Of a stretch of 64,000 bases of DNA, positions 1 to 8,893 are shown piece by piece (position 1 is the stretch's first letter; every line of letters starts with the position of its first letter). The notes below the pieces were generated by a model, which saw nothing but the letters and a program-made list of their open reading frames with translations, had not been told where the DNA came from and searched no databases. The DNA comes from an uncultured Acidobacteriota bacterium. Its GTDB lineage: Bacteria > Acidobacteriota > Thermoanaerobaculia > UBA5066. The DNA is taken from NCBI GenBank assembly GCA_963779415.1, contig CAVZYA010000001.1:896001-960000 (forward strand), given 5' to 3'. The translations under genes were made by a program, and so were the position numbers.

Positions 1-2
1 TC

Positions 3-794
3 GCGTCCCTCGTCGAGCCCGAGCTCGTGAACATCCCCGGCTACGACGGTCGCCCGATCTGGAGCTGGCTCTACCGGCCGAAGGGGGCCACGGGGCCGGG
101 CCCGCTCGTCTTCTCCTACCACGGCGGCCCGGAATCGCAGGAGCGCCCCACATTCCGGGCCGACTACCAGGCCCTCCTCGCGAGCGGCATCTCGGTCCTC
201 GCGCCGAACGTCCGCGGCTCGTCCGGCTTCGGACGGACCTTCCTCGGCCTCGACAACCAGCTGAAGCGGGTCAACGTCCTGCGCGACGTCAAGGCCTGCC
301 GCGACTGGGCGGTCGAGCGGAAGATCGCCGATCCCGCACGCCTCGGCATCATGGGGGGCTCGTACGGAGGCTGGGTGACGATGGCCGCGCTCACGGCCTA
401 TCCGGACGACTATGCGGCCGGCGCCGATCTCTTCGGCATCGTCAACTTCCTCAGCTTCTTCCGCGAGACCGAGCCGTGGATGGCCGAGATCTCGAAGGCG
501 GAGTACGGAGACCCGGACCAGCAGACCGAGCTCCTGAAGAGCCTCTCGCCGCTCTTCAAGCTCGACCTCGTCAAGGCCCCCGTCCTCGTCCTGCACGGGA
601 AGAACGACACGAACGTCCCGCTCGTGGAGGCCACTCAGCTCGTCGACGTCCTCCGGATGCGGGGGATCCCGGTCGAGTTCGTCCTCTTCCCCGACGAGGG
701 CCACGGCTTCCGCAGGCTCCCGAACCGGATCCGGGCGACCACCGCGGTCGTCCGCTGGTTCGACAGGTACCTCAAGGCGGCCCGGACCAAGTAA
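3..794 (+). CDS. S9 family serine peptidase (dipeptidyl/acylaminoacyl peptidase-like), C-terminal part; 5' end lies outside the window
   Basis: Frame open from position 3; HGGP, GGSYGG nucleophile elbow, catalytic D (NDTNVP) and H (DEGHG). Confidence 0.92.
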   Translation, partial: ASLVEPELVNIPGYDGRPIWSWLYRPKGATGPGPLVFSYHGGPESQERPTFRADYQALLASGISVLAPNVRGSSGFGRTFLGLDNQLKRVNVLRDVKACRDWAVERKIADPARLGIMGGSYGGWVTMAALTAYPDDYAAGADLFGIVNFLSFFRETEPWMAEISKAEYGDPDQQTELLKSLSPLFKLDLVKAPVLVLHGKNDTNVPLVEATQLVDVLRMRGIPVEFVLFPDEGHGFRRLPNRIRATTAVVRWFDRYLKAARTK

Positions 795-806
795 GCTCCG
801 CTCTTC

Positions 807-2105
807 ATGCAACCGACGGCCGTTCCCGCCGACCGCCCCGAGCCGACGCGCGCCTGGCGCTGGCTCGTCCTCGTCTTCATCAGTGTCGGGATGTTCGGAA
901 ACTACTATGTCTACGACTGCATCAGCCCGATGGCGGACATCCTGAAGGAGCAGCTCCGCTTCTCGGACGCGAACATCGGGCTGCTCCAGGCCATCTACTC
1001 CATTCCGAACATCTTCATGGTGCTGCTCGGCGGCGTCCTGATCGACCGGATCGGGTCCCGCAAGGCCATGCTCCTCTTCGGCGCCCTCTGCTTCGTCGGC
1101 GCCGGCATCACCGCCGCCTCGAGCACGCTGCCGCTGATGGCCGCGGGCCGGCTCGTCTTCGGCCTCGGGGCCGAGTCGATGATCGTCTCGACGAACACCG
1201 GAATCGCCCGCTGGTTCAAGGGGAAGGAGCTGAGCTTCGCCTTCGGGGTCAATCTGACGATCGCTCGCCTCGGCTCGTTCGCCGCGCTCAACTCGCCGAG
1301 CTGGGCGAAGGCCGCGTTCGCGAGCTGGAAGATGCCGCTCCTGATCTCGGTCGGCTTCGCGACCTTCTGCGTCCTCGGTCCGGCCATCTACTACGCCCTC
1401 GAGGCCGGTGCCGAGAAGCGGTTCGCGCTCGGCAAGGAAGGCTCGACCGACAAGGTCGTCTGGAGGGACGTCTTCAACTTCAGCGCCTCGTACTGGTTCA
1501 TCGTCGCGCTCTGCATCACCTTCTACTCGGGCATCTTCCCGTTCCAGACGTTCGCCGTGAAGTTCTTCATGGAGGCGCACGGCGTCAGCCGCGAGTTCGG
1601 CGGTTTTCTGTCGAGCCTGCTGACCCTCTTCGCCATGATCGGGACGCCGCTCTTCGGCCTTTTCGCGGACCGGATCGGCAAGCGGGCCCTTCTCATGATG
1701 TACGGCTCGCTTCTCCTGATCCCCGTCTACCTCCTGATGGGCTACACGCACGTCTCGCTCTACGTTCCGATGGCGATCATGGGGATCGCCTTCTCCCTCA
1801 TCCCCGCCGTCATGTGGCCGTCGGTCGCCTACGTCGTCCCGGAGCAGAAGCTCGGCACGGCCTACGGGCTCATGACCCTCATTCAGAACGTCGGGCTCGC
1901 CGGCTTCAACCTCCTGATCGGCTGGGCGAACGACGTCTCGAACGCGAGCGCGACGAACCCGACCGGCTACCGGCTGGGAATGTGGCTCTTCTCCAGCCTC
2001 GGCTTCTTCGGCCTCCTCTTCGCGTGGCTCCTCCATCGCCGCGAAACCGGCCCGCACGGGCACGGCCTCGAGACGATCACGACGGCCGGCGAAACGAAGA
2101 AGTGA
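807..2105 (+). CDS. MFS transporter, MFSD1-like
   Basis: About 12 hydrophobic helices; motif A GVLIDRIGSRK and ADRIGKR; N-terminal FGNYYVYD resembles the MFSD1 family. Confidence 0.88.
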   Translation: MQPTAVPADRPEPTRAWRWLVLVFISVGMFGNYYVYDCISPMADILKEQLRFSDANIGLLQAIYSIPNIFMVLLGGVLIDRIGSRKAMLLFGALCFVGAGITAASSTLPLMAAGRLVFGLGAESMIVSTNTGIARWFKGKELSFAFGVNLTIARLGSFAALNSPSWAKAAFASWKMPLLISVGFATFCVLGPAIYYALEAGAEKRFALGKEGSTDKVVWRDVFNFSASYWFIVALCITFYSGIFPFQTFAVKFFMEAHGVSREFGGFLSSLLTLFAMIGTPLFGLFADRIGKRALLMMYGSLLLIPVYLLMGYTHVSLYVPMAIMGIAFSLIPAVMWPSVAYVVPEQKLGTAYGLMTLIQNVGLAGFNLLIGWANDVSNASATNPTGYRLGMWLFSSLGFFGLLFAWLLHRRETGPHGHGLETITTAGETKK

Positions 2106-2808
2106 CCCGGCCCCTCGCGCTCTCGCGTCCGCGGGCGAACCGGCAATCCTCCCGGAGCGGGCACCTTTCGCACCCCGGTCCGGAGCGCGTGCAGAGCTCC
2201 AGTCCGTGGCGGCGCAGGAGGCGATGGGTCGTCATCAGGACGTCCAGATCGTCTCCCAGCTCCCGGGCCGCCAGGTCGCAGGCCGCGGAATAGGACGCCG
2301 CGTAGCTCGTCTCCTCGCCGAGAAGGCCCAGCCGCGTCAGGACGCGCAGGCCGTTCGACTCCGGCGCGAGGGTGGGATGGCGCCGCAGGAAGAGGAGGAT
2401 CTTCTCGGCTCCGGGATTGCCGATCCCGGGGAACTTCCGGAGCGCCTTCCGGGCCGCCGGGACCGGCCCGGCCACGACCCGGTCGAGGTTTCCGCCGTAT
2501 TCGTCGACGGCGATCCGGGCCGCTTCACGCAGCTTCCCGGCGAACCGTTCCGCCAGGATGCCGTGTTCGGTCACGGCGCGGAGAGCCGAGACCCGCGCCT
2601 TGAGGATCGCCGCCGGCGTCGTCCCGACGGTGGACTTCAGAAGGGCAAGGGCCTTCGAGCGCCGCTCGTCATCGGCGAGATACGCCACGCTTTCCCAGAG
2701 GACCATCTCGAAAGCCCCGCTCGTCGGAGGCGCCGCCGGAGGACCGTAATGCGAGGCGAGCTTCCGGACGATCGTCTCCAGGGGAGGAGCTTCGGCGTTC
2801 ACCGGCAT
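2077..2808 (-). CDS. HhH-GPD / endonuclease III-like DNA glycosylase with 4Fe-4S motif
   Basis: HhH FPGIGNPGAEKILLF; C-terminal CTRSGPGCERCPLREDC (CX6CX2CX5C); start moved to ATG 2808, which follows CAGAAT by 6 nt. Confidence 0.8.
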   Translation of the reverse strand: MPVNAEAPPLETIVRKLASHYGPPAAPPTSGAFEMVLWESVAYLADDERRSKALALLKSTVGTTPAAILKARVSALRAVTEHGILAERFAGKLREAARIAVDEYGGNLDRVVAGPVPAARKALRKFPGIGNPGAEKILLFLRRHPTLAPESNGLRVLTRLGLLGEETSYAASYSAACDLAARELGDDLDVLMTTHRLLRRHGLELCTRSGPGCERCPLREDCRFARGRESARGRVTSSFRRPS

Positions 2809-2876
2809 CCCCCCATTCTGAACCTGTCCGGCCCGGAGGAGGACCCGGGGAAGCTTTCGGGGGCGAGTCGGGGGTC

Positions 2877-3611
2877 TCACTCCTCCCGCGCCGTCGCCGG
2901 ATCGAGCCAGCGGTCGGGAACCGGGCGCTTCCTCCAGTCGAGATACTCGACCACGGTCGTTCCGGGCCGGAGGGTGTCGACGATCGTCATCCTCCTGAGA
3001 ACGAGGGCTCCCCGTTCCGTCCCGTAGGCATCGAACGTCGCCTCCTTCGCCGTCCGGCCGGACGCGAGGAGAAAGACGGCCTTCCGGTAGAGCCCTTGCT
3101 TCTCGTCGATCCAGACCCGGACGACGGGATAGGAGATGGAGACCCCCTTGCGCGCCATCAGGCGGAGGACCGCGCATTTCATTCCCGCGAGTTCGTCCTC
3201 GCGCTCGAAGAAGGCGTCGTAGTCCTCGGAAAAGCCGGCCTCGGCCACCTCCGCCGCCGAAAGCCCGCCGCGGAGGCGCTGGCTCGCCGGCACCCGGATC
3301 GGGTTCTTCGCCGTCGGCAGGAGAAGCCACGTTTCCCGGCCGCTCATGACGACGAATTTCCCCTCGTCGGAGGGCTCGAGGAACTTCAGGCGCGATCTCC
3401 GCCCCTTCACGGCCACTTCGAACCGCGCCGGGGCCGGTTCCGGCGCTCCGGGCTTCGCGCCGGAGACCGTGACACGGATCGTGACGACCCCTTCCCCGAA
3501 CTCCCTCCGGACCCGCTCGGCACGCGTGAGGAGCGCGGCCGGATCGGGGGGCGCCGCGAGGCCCGCCGCCGCGACGAAGAGCGCGAGCGCCGTCCCGCGG
3601 AGGTCAGACAT
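2877..3611 (-). CDS. Outer-membrane lipoprotein-sorting (LolA-like) periplasmic protein
   Basis: Signal peptide; KFLEPSDEGK, WLLLP, SQRLRGG, YPVVRVWID pattern; coupled to the ABC permease. Confidence 0.75.
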   Translation of the reverse strand: MSDLRGTALALFVAAAGLAAPPDPAALLTRAERVRREFGEGVVTIRVTVSGAKPGAPEPAPARFEVAVKGRRSRLKFLEPSDEGKFVVMSGRETWLLLPTAKNPIRVPASQRLRGGLSAAEVAEAGFSEDYDAFFEREDELAGMKCAVLRLMARKGVSISYPVVRVWIDEKQGLYRKAVFLLASGRTAKEATFDAYGTERGALVLRRMTIVDTLRPGTTVVEYLDWRKRPVPDRWLDPATAREE

Positions 3612-4836
3612 GCGCCAGCGCCTCGACCGGGTTCAGGCGAGAGGCCCGCCGCGCCGGCCACCAGGAGGCGACGAGGAGCGTCGCCGTCATCAGGAGGAAG
3701 CCCGCGGCGTAAGCGATCGGGAAGAAGCGGATGAAGAGGAGCGTGCCGCGGGTTCCCCCCGGCGGCGGCGGCATCTGGATCGAGAGAGCGTTCAGTCCGG
3801 CGCGGAGGACGAGCGAGAGGAGAGCGCCGACGAGCGTTCCCGCCGCGGCGAGAAGGAGGCCTTCGAGGAGGAAGAGCTTCTTCACCTGCCCGCGCTCCAT
3901 CCCGATCGCGAGGAGCGTCCCCATCTCTCGCGTCCGCTCGAAGACCGACATCGTCATCGTGTTGGCGACCGCGAGGATGACGACGACGGCGAGAACGATC
4001 CCGGTGAAGAAGAAGATCCCGATGTAGAGGAGGCGGACCTGCTTGTAGAAGGCGGCCGTCTCGAGCCACGTCTTGACCGCGACCGGCCGCCCGGCGGCGC
4101 GCGCGACCTCGGCCAGCGAACGGGCGACGGCGTCGGTCTCCTCGTCGTGCGAGAGCCGGACGGCGAGGACGTTGACCTTCCCCTCCGCCTTCAGGAGCCG
4201 CGCGGCGGCCCGGTAAGGAAGGAAGAGGACCCGGTCGTCCATCTCCTTGACGGGATACTGGAGGATCCCGACCACGGTCGCGTCCACCGCGTTCAGCGAC
4301 CCGTCGGTCGCGGTCGTCATCACCGTGATGAGATCGCCGGGCCTGGCGCCGAGCGAGCGCGCGAGCCCGGCTCCGAGCATCACGTCGTCGGCGTCGGGGT
4401 TCGAGAAGAAGCGCCCCGCGATGACCAGGTCGGGGGCGAAGCCGGAGGCGCGCTCCAGCTCCGGCTCGGTCCCGGTGCCGAGGTAGCCAACGCTCCGATC
4501 GCCCTTCGCCGCGAGACCGAAGAAGGAGAGCTTCGGCATCACCCGGACGACGCGGGGGTCCTTCCGGACGAGGCGCGCGAGCCCTTCCCAGTCGTCGAGG
4601 AGGTAGCTCTGCGCCTCCTCGTCCGTCTTTCCCTCGGCCCGCGGGTCGAAGAGCCGGACGTGCCCGCCGAGGGCGTCGATCGTCGCGAACCGGAGCGCCT
4701 CGAAGGTCTGGACGATGAAGCCGGCCGTCATCGTCACGGCGACGAATCCGACGACGACGATGGAGCCCGTCAGGAGCGTCCGGCGGCGGTGGCGGAGGAG
4801 GTTCCGCCCCGCGAATCGCCACCAGCGGAGGCTCAC
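3604..4836 (-). CDS. ABC transporter permease, FtsX/LolE/MacB family
   Basis: RNLLRHRRRTLLT; NTMTMSVFERTREMGTLLAIG; PARRASRLNPVEAL; GTG 4836 overlaps the ATPase stop (GTGA). Confidence 0.9.
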   Translation of the reverse strand: MSLRWWRFAGRNLLRHRRRTLLTGSIVVVGFVAVTMTAGFIVQTFEALRFATIDALGGHVRLFDPRAEGKTDEEAQSYLLDDWEGLARLVRKDPRVVRVMPKLSFFGLAAKGDRSVGYLGTGTEPELERASGFAPDLVIAGRFFSNPDADDVMLGAGLARSLGARPGDLITVMTTATDGSLNAVDATVVGILQYPVKEMDDRVLFLPYRAAARLLKAEGKVNVLAVRLSHDEETDAVARSLAEVARAAGRPVAVKTWLETAAFYKQVRLLYIGIFFFTGIVLAVVVILAVANTMTMSVFERTREMGTLLAIGMERGQVKKLFLLEGLLLAAAGTLVGALLSLVLRAGLNALSIQMPPPPGGTRGTLLFIRFFPIAYAAGFLLMTATLLVASWWPARRASRLNPVEALAHV

Positions 4837-5537
4837 GCGAACTCTCCCCCGGGGGTCGCCGCCGAATCCGATTCGATCCGCCCGTCGCGGAGCTTCAGCC
4901 GGCGGCGCGCCCGGGAGACGATGGCCGGGTCGTGGCTCGAAAAGACGAACGCCACGCCCCGGTCGCGATGAAGCGCATCGAAGAGGTCGAGGAGCTTCAG
5001 GGCCGTCTCGGAGTCGAGGGAGGCCGTCGGCTCGTCGGCGAGGATGACCGCCGGTTTCCCGACGAGAGCCCGCGCGACGGCCACGCGCTGGCGCTCCCCT
5101 CCCGAAAGGGCGTCGGGGCGGCGGTCGGCGAGGCGGGAGAGACCGACGGCGTCGAGCGCTTCGAGGGCCCGCCGGCGGCACTCGGCTTCCGGGACGTTCC
5201 GGATCCAGAGCGCGACGGCCACGTTCTCGGCCGCCGAGAGAACCGGAACGAGCTGGTGGGCCTGGAAGACGAACCCGATCCGCTCACGTCGGAGACGGGA
5301 CCGTTCCCGGTCGCCCTGTGCCGAGACGTCACGCCCTTCGAAAAGAAGCGTTCCCTCGTCGGGGCGGTCGAGCAGTCCGAGAAGGTTGAGGAGCGTCGTC
5401 TTCCCGCTTCCGGAGGGCCCGGCGAGAACCGCGAACTCGGCCGCCCCGACGGAGAGCGTCGCGTCCCGTATCCCCGCCACCCTCTCCTCGCCGAGGCGGT
5501 AGATGCGGGTCAGGCCGCGCGCCTCGACGATCTCCAC
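4833..5537 (-). CDS. ABC transporter ATP-binding protein, LolD-like
   Basis: Walker A GPSGSGKT, LSGGERQRVAVARAL, ILADEPT, SHD. Confidence 0.95.
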   Translation of the reverse strand: MEIVEARGLTRIYRLGEERVAGIRDATLSVGAAEFAVLAGPSGSGKTTLLNLLGLLDRPDEGTLLFEGRDVSAQGDRERSRLRRERIGFVFQAHQLVPVLSAAENVAVALWIRNVPEAECRRRALEALDAVGLSRLADRRPDALSGGERQRVAVARALVGKPAVILADEPTASLDSETALKLLDLFDALHRDRGVAFVFSSHDPAIVSRARRRLKLRDGRIESDSAATPGGEFA

Positions 5538-5543
5538 ATGACG

Positions 5544-5549
5544 AGTATA
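5544..5549 (-). promoter_or_regulatory. -10 element TATACT, 6 nt upstream of GTG 5537 (leaderless promoter)
   Basis: TATACT-cgtcat-GTG with no Shine-Dalgarno. Confidence 0.55.
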
Positions 5550-5573
5550 GGGAAGGCGCGCGGCCCGCCCTCG

Positions 5574-6512
5574 TCAGAACGAGAACGTCAGCCCCGCGCT
5601 GACGACGGCGTACTCGGTCTGGAATCCGTTCAGGTTCCTGAAGGTCGGGATCAGAACGGCCGCGCGCGCCACGACGTCCTCTCCGAGACTCACGAGAACC
5701 CGCGGAGTGACGTAGAGCAGCGCGCCGCCAGTGTCCGGATCCTGACTTCCCGCGGCGTCCACCGTGTCCTTCCCCGCCCATCTGTAGTTCAGTTCGAGAA
5801 CCGCGTCCACGACCCGGCCGAGCTTTCTCTCGTAGCCGAGATTGGCGAGGAAGATCCGGCCGTACTGATAGGCGTAGGGATTCGTCCCCGTCCATCGGAA
5901 TTGAACGGAACCGAAGACCGACGATCCGGCGTCGATCAGGTAGAACCCCCCGATTCCGCCGAAGACGTCCGTGGAGCCCGTTCCCGGCTGCACGTGCTCG
6001 TCCAGCCGGACGCCGTCGGGGCCGGTGAGGTCGTTCCGTCCCCAGGGCGTCTTCACTCCGACCTGCGCGGAGACCCAGGCGCGGCGGCCGACGCCGCGGA
6101 CCATGTCCGACGCCCAGAGACGGACCCAGGCGAAGAACTCCGGATCCGAGAGACCGTTCGTCCGGGTGACGTCCGACAGCTCGTCGCCCGTCGTCGTCAT
6201 CGTCTTGAAGCTGTACGGGACCCGGGCCACGAGATTGATCCGTTCCCCGAGCGAATACGACATCGTCGCGGTGATGCCGTTCTGGACCTCGGATTCCGCG
6301 TCCCCGGGAGGACCCTGGGATTTCTCCATCCTGTCCCAGTCGACGGCGACACGGAAGGCACCTGCCTGGAAGACGTCCGTCCCGAGGGCGTTGAAGGTGG
6401 CATCGCCGCAGCGGCACATGGAGCACGAGAGTCCCGTCGACGGTGCCGCGAGGATCAGGAGGATCGGAACAACCGGAGAGAGGCGCCCGTTTCCGAAGAG
6501 AAGCCTTCTCAT
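5574..6512 (-). CDS. Putative outer-membrane beta-barrel transporter with N-terminal CxxCxC
   Basis: Signal peptide then CSMCRC; GLSDP, QPGTGSTD; amphipathic strands; C-terminal Phe (LTFSF); SD AAGGAG. Confidence 0.7.
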   Translation of the reverse strand: MRRLLFGNGRLSPVVPILLILAAPSTGLSCSMCRCGDATFNALGTDVFQAGAFRVAVDWDRMEKSQGPPGDAESEVQNGITATMSYSLGERINLVARVPYSFKTMTTTGDELSDVTRTNGLSDPEFFAWVRLWASDMVRGVGRRAWVSAQVGVKTPWGRNDLTGPDGVRLDEHVQPGTGSTDVFGGIGGFYLIDAGSSVFGSVQFRWTGTNPYAYQYGRIFLANLGYERKLGRVVDAVLELNYRWAGKDTVDAAGSQDPDTGGALLYVTPRVLVSLGEDVVARAAVLIPTFRNLNGFQTEYAVVSAGLTFSF

Positions 6513-6565
6513 CCTGAGACTCCTTCCGAGGCGCCCTGGCCGGAAGGCTGATAATCTCCTTTCCC

Positions 6566-6862
6566 GTGAAGACGAAGGCCCTGCGCCGGACCCTCGCCGT
6601 GGCGGCGATTCTCGTCATCGTAATCGTATTCGCGCTCGAGGGGTTCCCGCACAACCACGTCGGCAGCGTGGACGGCCGTGACTGCCCCGCCTGCCAGGCG
6701 GCCCGGCAGCACGTCGGCGACGCCCCGCAATCCTCCCGCGCCCTTCTCCTCTTCACGAGGGTCGGGTCGCCGCTACCGGGCGAGCCCGCGATCGAGCGGG
6801 TCTCCGCCCCGTCCTTTGTCTCCAGCTCCTCCCCCCGAAGCCCTCCCTCCGTCTCCGTCTGA
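6566..6862 (+). CDS. Leader peptide 1: DUF2946/CruR/CutF-like putative metal-sensing ribosome-arrest uORF
   Basis: 98 aa: hydrophobic signal, HNH, DCPAC, C-terminal PRSPP; ends 46 nt upstream of the outer-membrane protein gene. Confidence 0.78.
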   Translation: MKTKALRRTLAVAAILVIVIVFALEGFPHNHVGSVDGRDCPACQAARQHVGDAPQSSRALLLFTRVGSPLPGEPAIERVSAPSFVSSSSPRSPPSVSV

Positions 6863-6908
6863 CGCGCGTTTCCCTCCACCGACCAGACGCCGCAGCAAGG
6901 AGAATCCC

Positions 6909-7967
6909 ATGCACTTACGAACGGCCGCCCTCGCCGCCCTGCTTGGCGCGAGCCTGCCGTCCCTGGCCCAGACGCCCCAGACCGGAAACGTCTTCAACCC
7001 GAACATCTCCGCGATCGGGGATTTCCTCGCCTCGACCGGGCACAACGAAGTCGACCCGATGCCGAGCCTCGCCCTCCACGAGGCGGAGCTCGGACTCCAG
7101 GCGATCGTCGACCCGTACGCCCGGGCCGACTTCTTCCTGACCTACGGGACTGATACCGGGGACGTCGCGGTCGAGGAGGGGTACGTCACCTTCCTGAACC
7201 TCCCCGGCGACATCCTCCTGAAGGCCGGCAAGCTGAAGGGAGCCTTCGGGAAGCTGAACACCGAGCATCTGCACGTCCGCCTCTTCGCCGACGTGCCGCT
7301 GCCGATGCAGAACCTCCTCGGAAGCGAGGACGGGATCGAAGACGCGGGAATCTCGATCTCGCGAATCATCCCGGCGCCGGCGGGGATCTTCCTCGAGGCG
7401 ACGGCGCAGCTCTTTCGCGGCACGACCGAGAATCTCTTCTACGCGTACACGCGAAGCGACGTCGAGCCCCTCTTCCACCTGAAGGGCTACGGAGACCTTT
7501 CCGAGTCGGCGAATCTCGAGATCGGCGGATCGTGGACGCAGGGGAGCAACCTCCAGGGGCCCGGCTACCGGACCAGCCTCACGGGGGTCGACGCGACGTA
7601 CCGCTGGAGGCCGCTCCAGCAGGGCCTCTACCACTCCCTCATCGTCCAGGCCGAGCTCTACCTCTCGGACCGGGAGGCGCCCGGGGGAACGGTCCACGCG
7701 GCCGGGTTCTACGCGCTCGCGCAATACCAGCTCGGGCGCCGCTGGTTCGCCGGCTACCGGCACGACGAGTCGGACCACGCGGACGACGCCTCGCTCCACG
7801 ACCGGGGCAACTCGCTGATGCTCACCTTCTGGCCCTCGGAGTTTTCCCAGATCCGGGCGCAGTTGCGCCAGAACCGGTACGAACTCGTCACCGGAATCTC
7901 CCAGGCGACCGAACTGATCCTCCAACTGCAGTTCTCGATCGGCGCCCACGGCGCCCACACCTTCTGA
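6909..7967 (+). CDS. Outer-membrane beta-barrel of a metal (Zn-type) uptake operon, C-terminal AHGAHxF family
   Basis: SD AAGGAG then ATG 6909; signal peptide; FNPNISAIGD, EAELGLQAIVDPY, FWPSEFSQIR, IGAHGAHTF. Confidence 0.8.
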   Translation: MHLRTAALAALLGASLPSLAQTPQTGNVFNPNISAIGDFLASTGHNEVDPMPSLALHEAELGLQAIVDPYARADFFLTYGTDTGDVAVEEGYVTFLNLPGDILLKAGKLKGAFGKLNTEHLHVRLFADVPLPMQNLLGSEDGIEDAGISISRIIPAPAGIFLEATAQLFRGTTENLFYAYTRSDVEPLFHLKGYGDLSESANLEIGGSWTQGSNLQGPGYRTSLTGVDATYRWRPLQQGLYHSLIVQAELYLSDREAPGGTVHAAGFYALAQYQLGRRWFAGYRHDESDHADDASLHDRGNSLMLTFWPSEFSQIRAQLRQNRYELVTGISQATELILQLQFSIGAHGAHTF

Positions 7968-7968
7968 C

Positions 7969-8892
7969 ATGAAAAAGAAGCTTCTTCTCGCCGCCGCCCT
8001 CCTCCTCGCGTTCCTCGCCCCCGCTCCGGCCCGGGCCGCCCGAAAGCTCCGGGTCGTCACGACGCTCTCGGACTTCGCCTCGCTCGCCCAGACGGTCGGC
8101 GGAGACCGCGTCGACGCGTCCTCGCTCGCGAAGGGGTACCAGGACCCCCACTTCGTCGAGCCGAAGCCGTCGTTCATCCTGAGGCTCCACGACGCCGACC
8201 TCTTGATCGTGGCCGGACTGGAGCTCGAGATCGGCTACCTTCCACCCCTCCTCGACCAGGCGCGCAACGACGCGATCCGCCCGTCGGGCAAGGGATATCT
8301 CGACGCCTCCATCGGCTGCGAGATCCTCGACAAGCCGACGACCCAGGTCACACGGGCGATGGGCGACGTCCATCCGTACGGCAACCCGCACTTCTGGCTC
8401 GCCCCGGCGAACGGGCGCGTCATCGCCGAGGCGATCGCCGCGAAACTCTCCGAGCTCGACCCGGACGGGGCGGCCGTCTACCGGAAGAACCTCGCCGACT
8501 TCGAAGCCCGCCTCGCGGAGGCGGAGGCGCGCTGGACGAAGATGATGGCGCCGTACGCCGGGACGAAGGTCGTCACCTATCACAGCTCCTGGCCCAACTT
8601 CGCGAAGTACTTCAATCTCGACGTGGTCGGCTTTCTCGAGCCGAAGCCCGGCGTCCCGCCGACGCCGCAGCACAAGCTCGAGATCATCAACCTGATGCTC
8701 GAGAAGAAAGTTCCGCTCATCCTGATGGAGGTCTACTTCGACCGGAAGGACCCGGACTTCGTCGCGCAGAAGACCGGCGCGAAGGTCGTGATGCTCACGC
8801 CGTCGGTCGGCGGGCTGCCGGAGGCCAGGGACTACATCGCCCTCTTCGACGTCGACATCGGCTTGATCGTCCGGGCGCTCGGAGGGAAGTAG
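7969..8892 (+). CDS. Metal ABC transporter substrate-binding protein (cluster A-I, Zn/Mn)
   Basis: DPHFVEPKP, GDVHPYGNPHFWL, YHSSW, EPKPGVPPT. Confidence 0.92.
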   Translation: MKKKLLLAAALLLAFLAPAPARAARKLRVVTTLSDFASLAQTVGGDRVDASSLAKGYQDPHFVEPKPSFILRLHDADLLIVAGLELEIGYLPPLLDQARNDAIRPSGKGYLDASIGCEILDKPTTQVTRAMGDVHPYGNPHFWLAPANGRVIAEAIAAKLSELDPDGAAVYRKNLADFEARLAEAEARWTKMMAPYAGTKVVTYHSSWPNFAKYFNLDVVGFLEPKPGVPPTPQHKLEIINLMLEKKVPLILMEVYFDRKDPDFVAQKTGAKVVMLTPSVGGLPEARDYIALFDVDIGLIVRALGGK

Positions 8893-8893
8893 C

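Noticed and set aside
6545-6565. TGATAAT as a Fur/Zur box half-site
   Set aside because: No matching inverted half-site; better explained as a -10 element for leader 1
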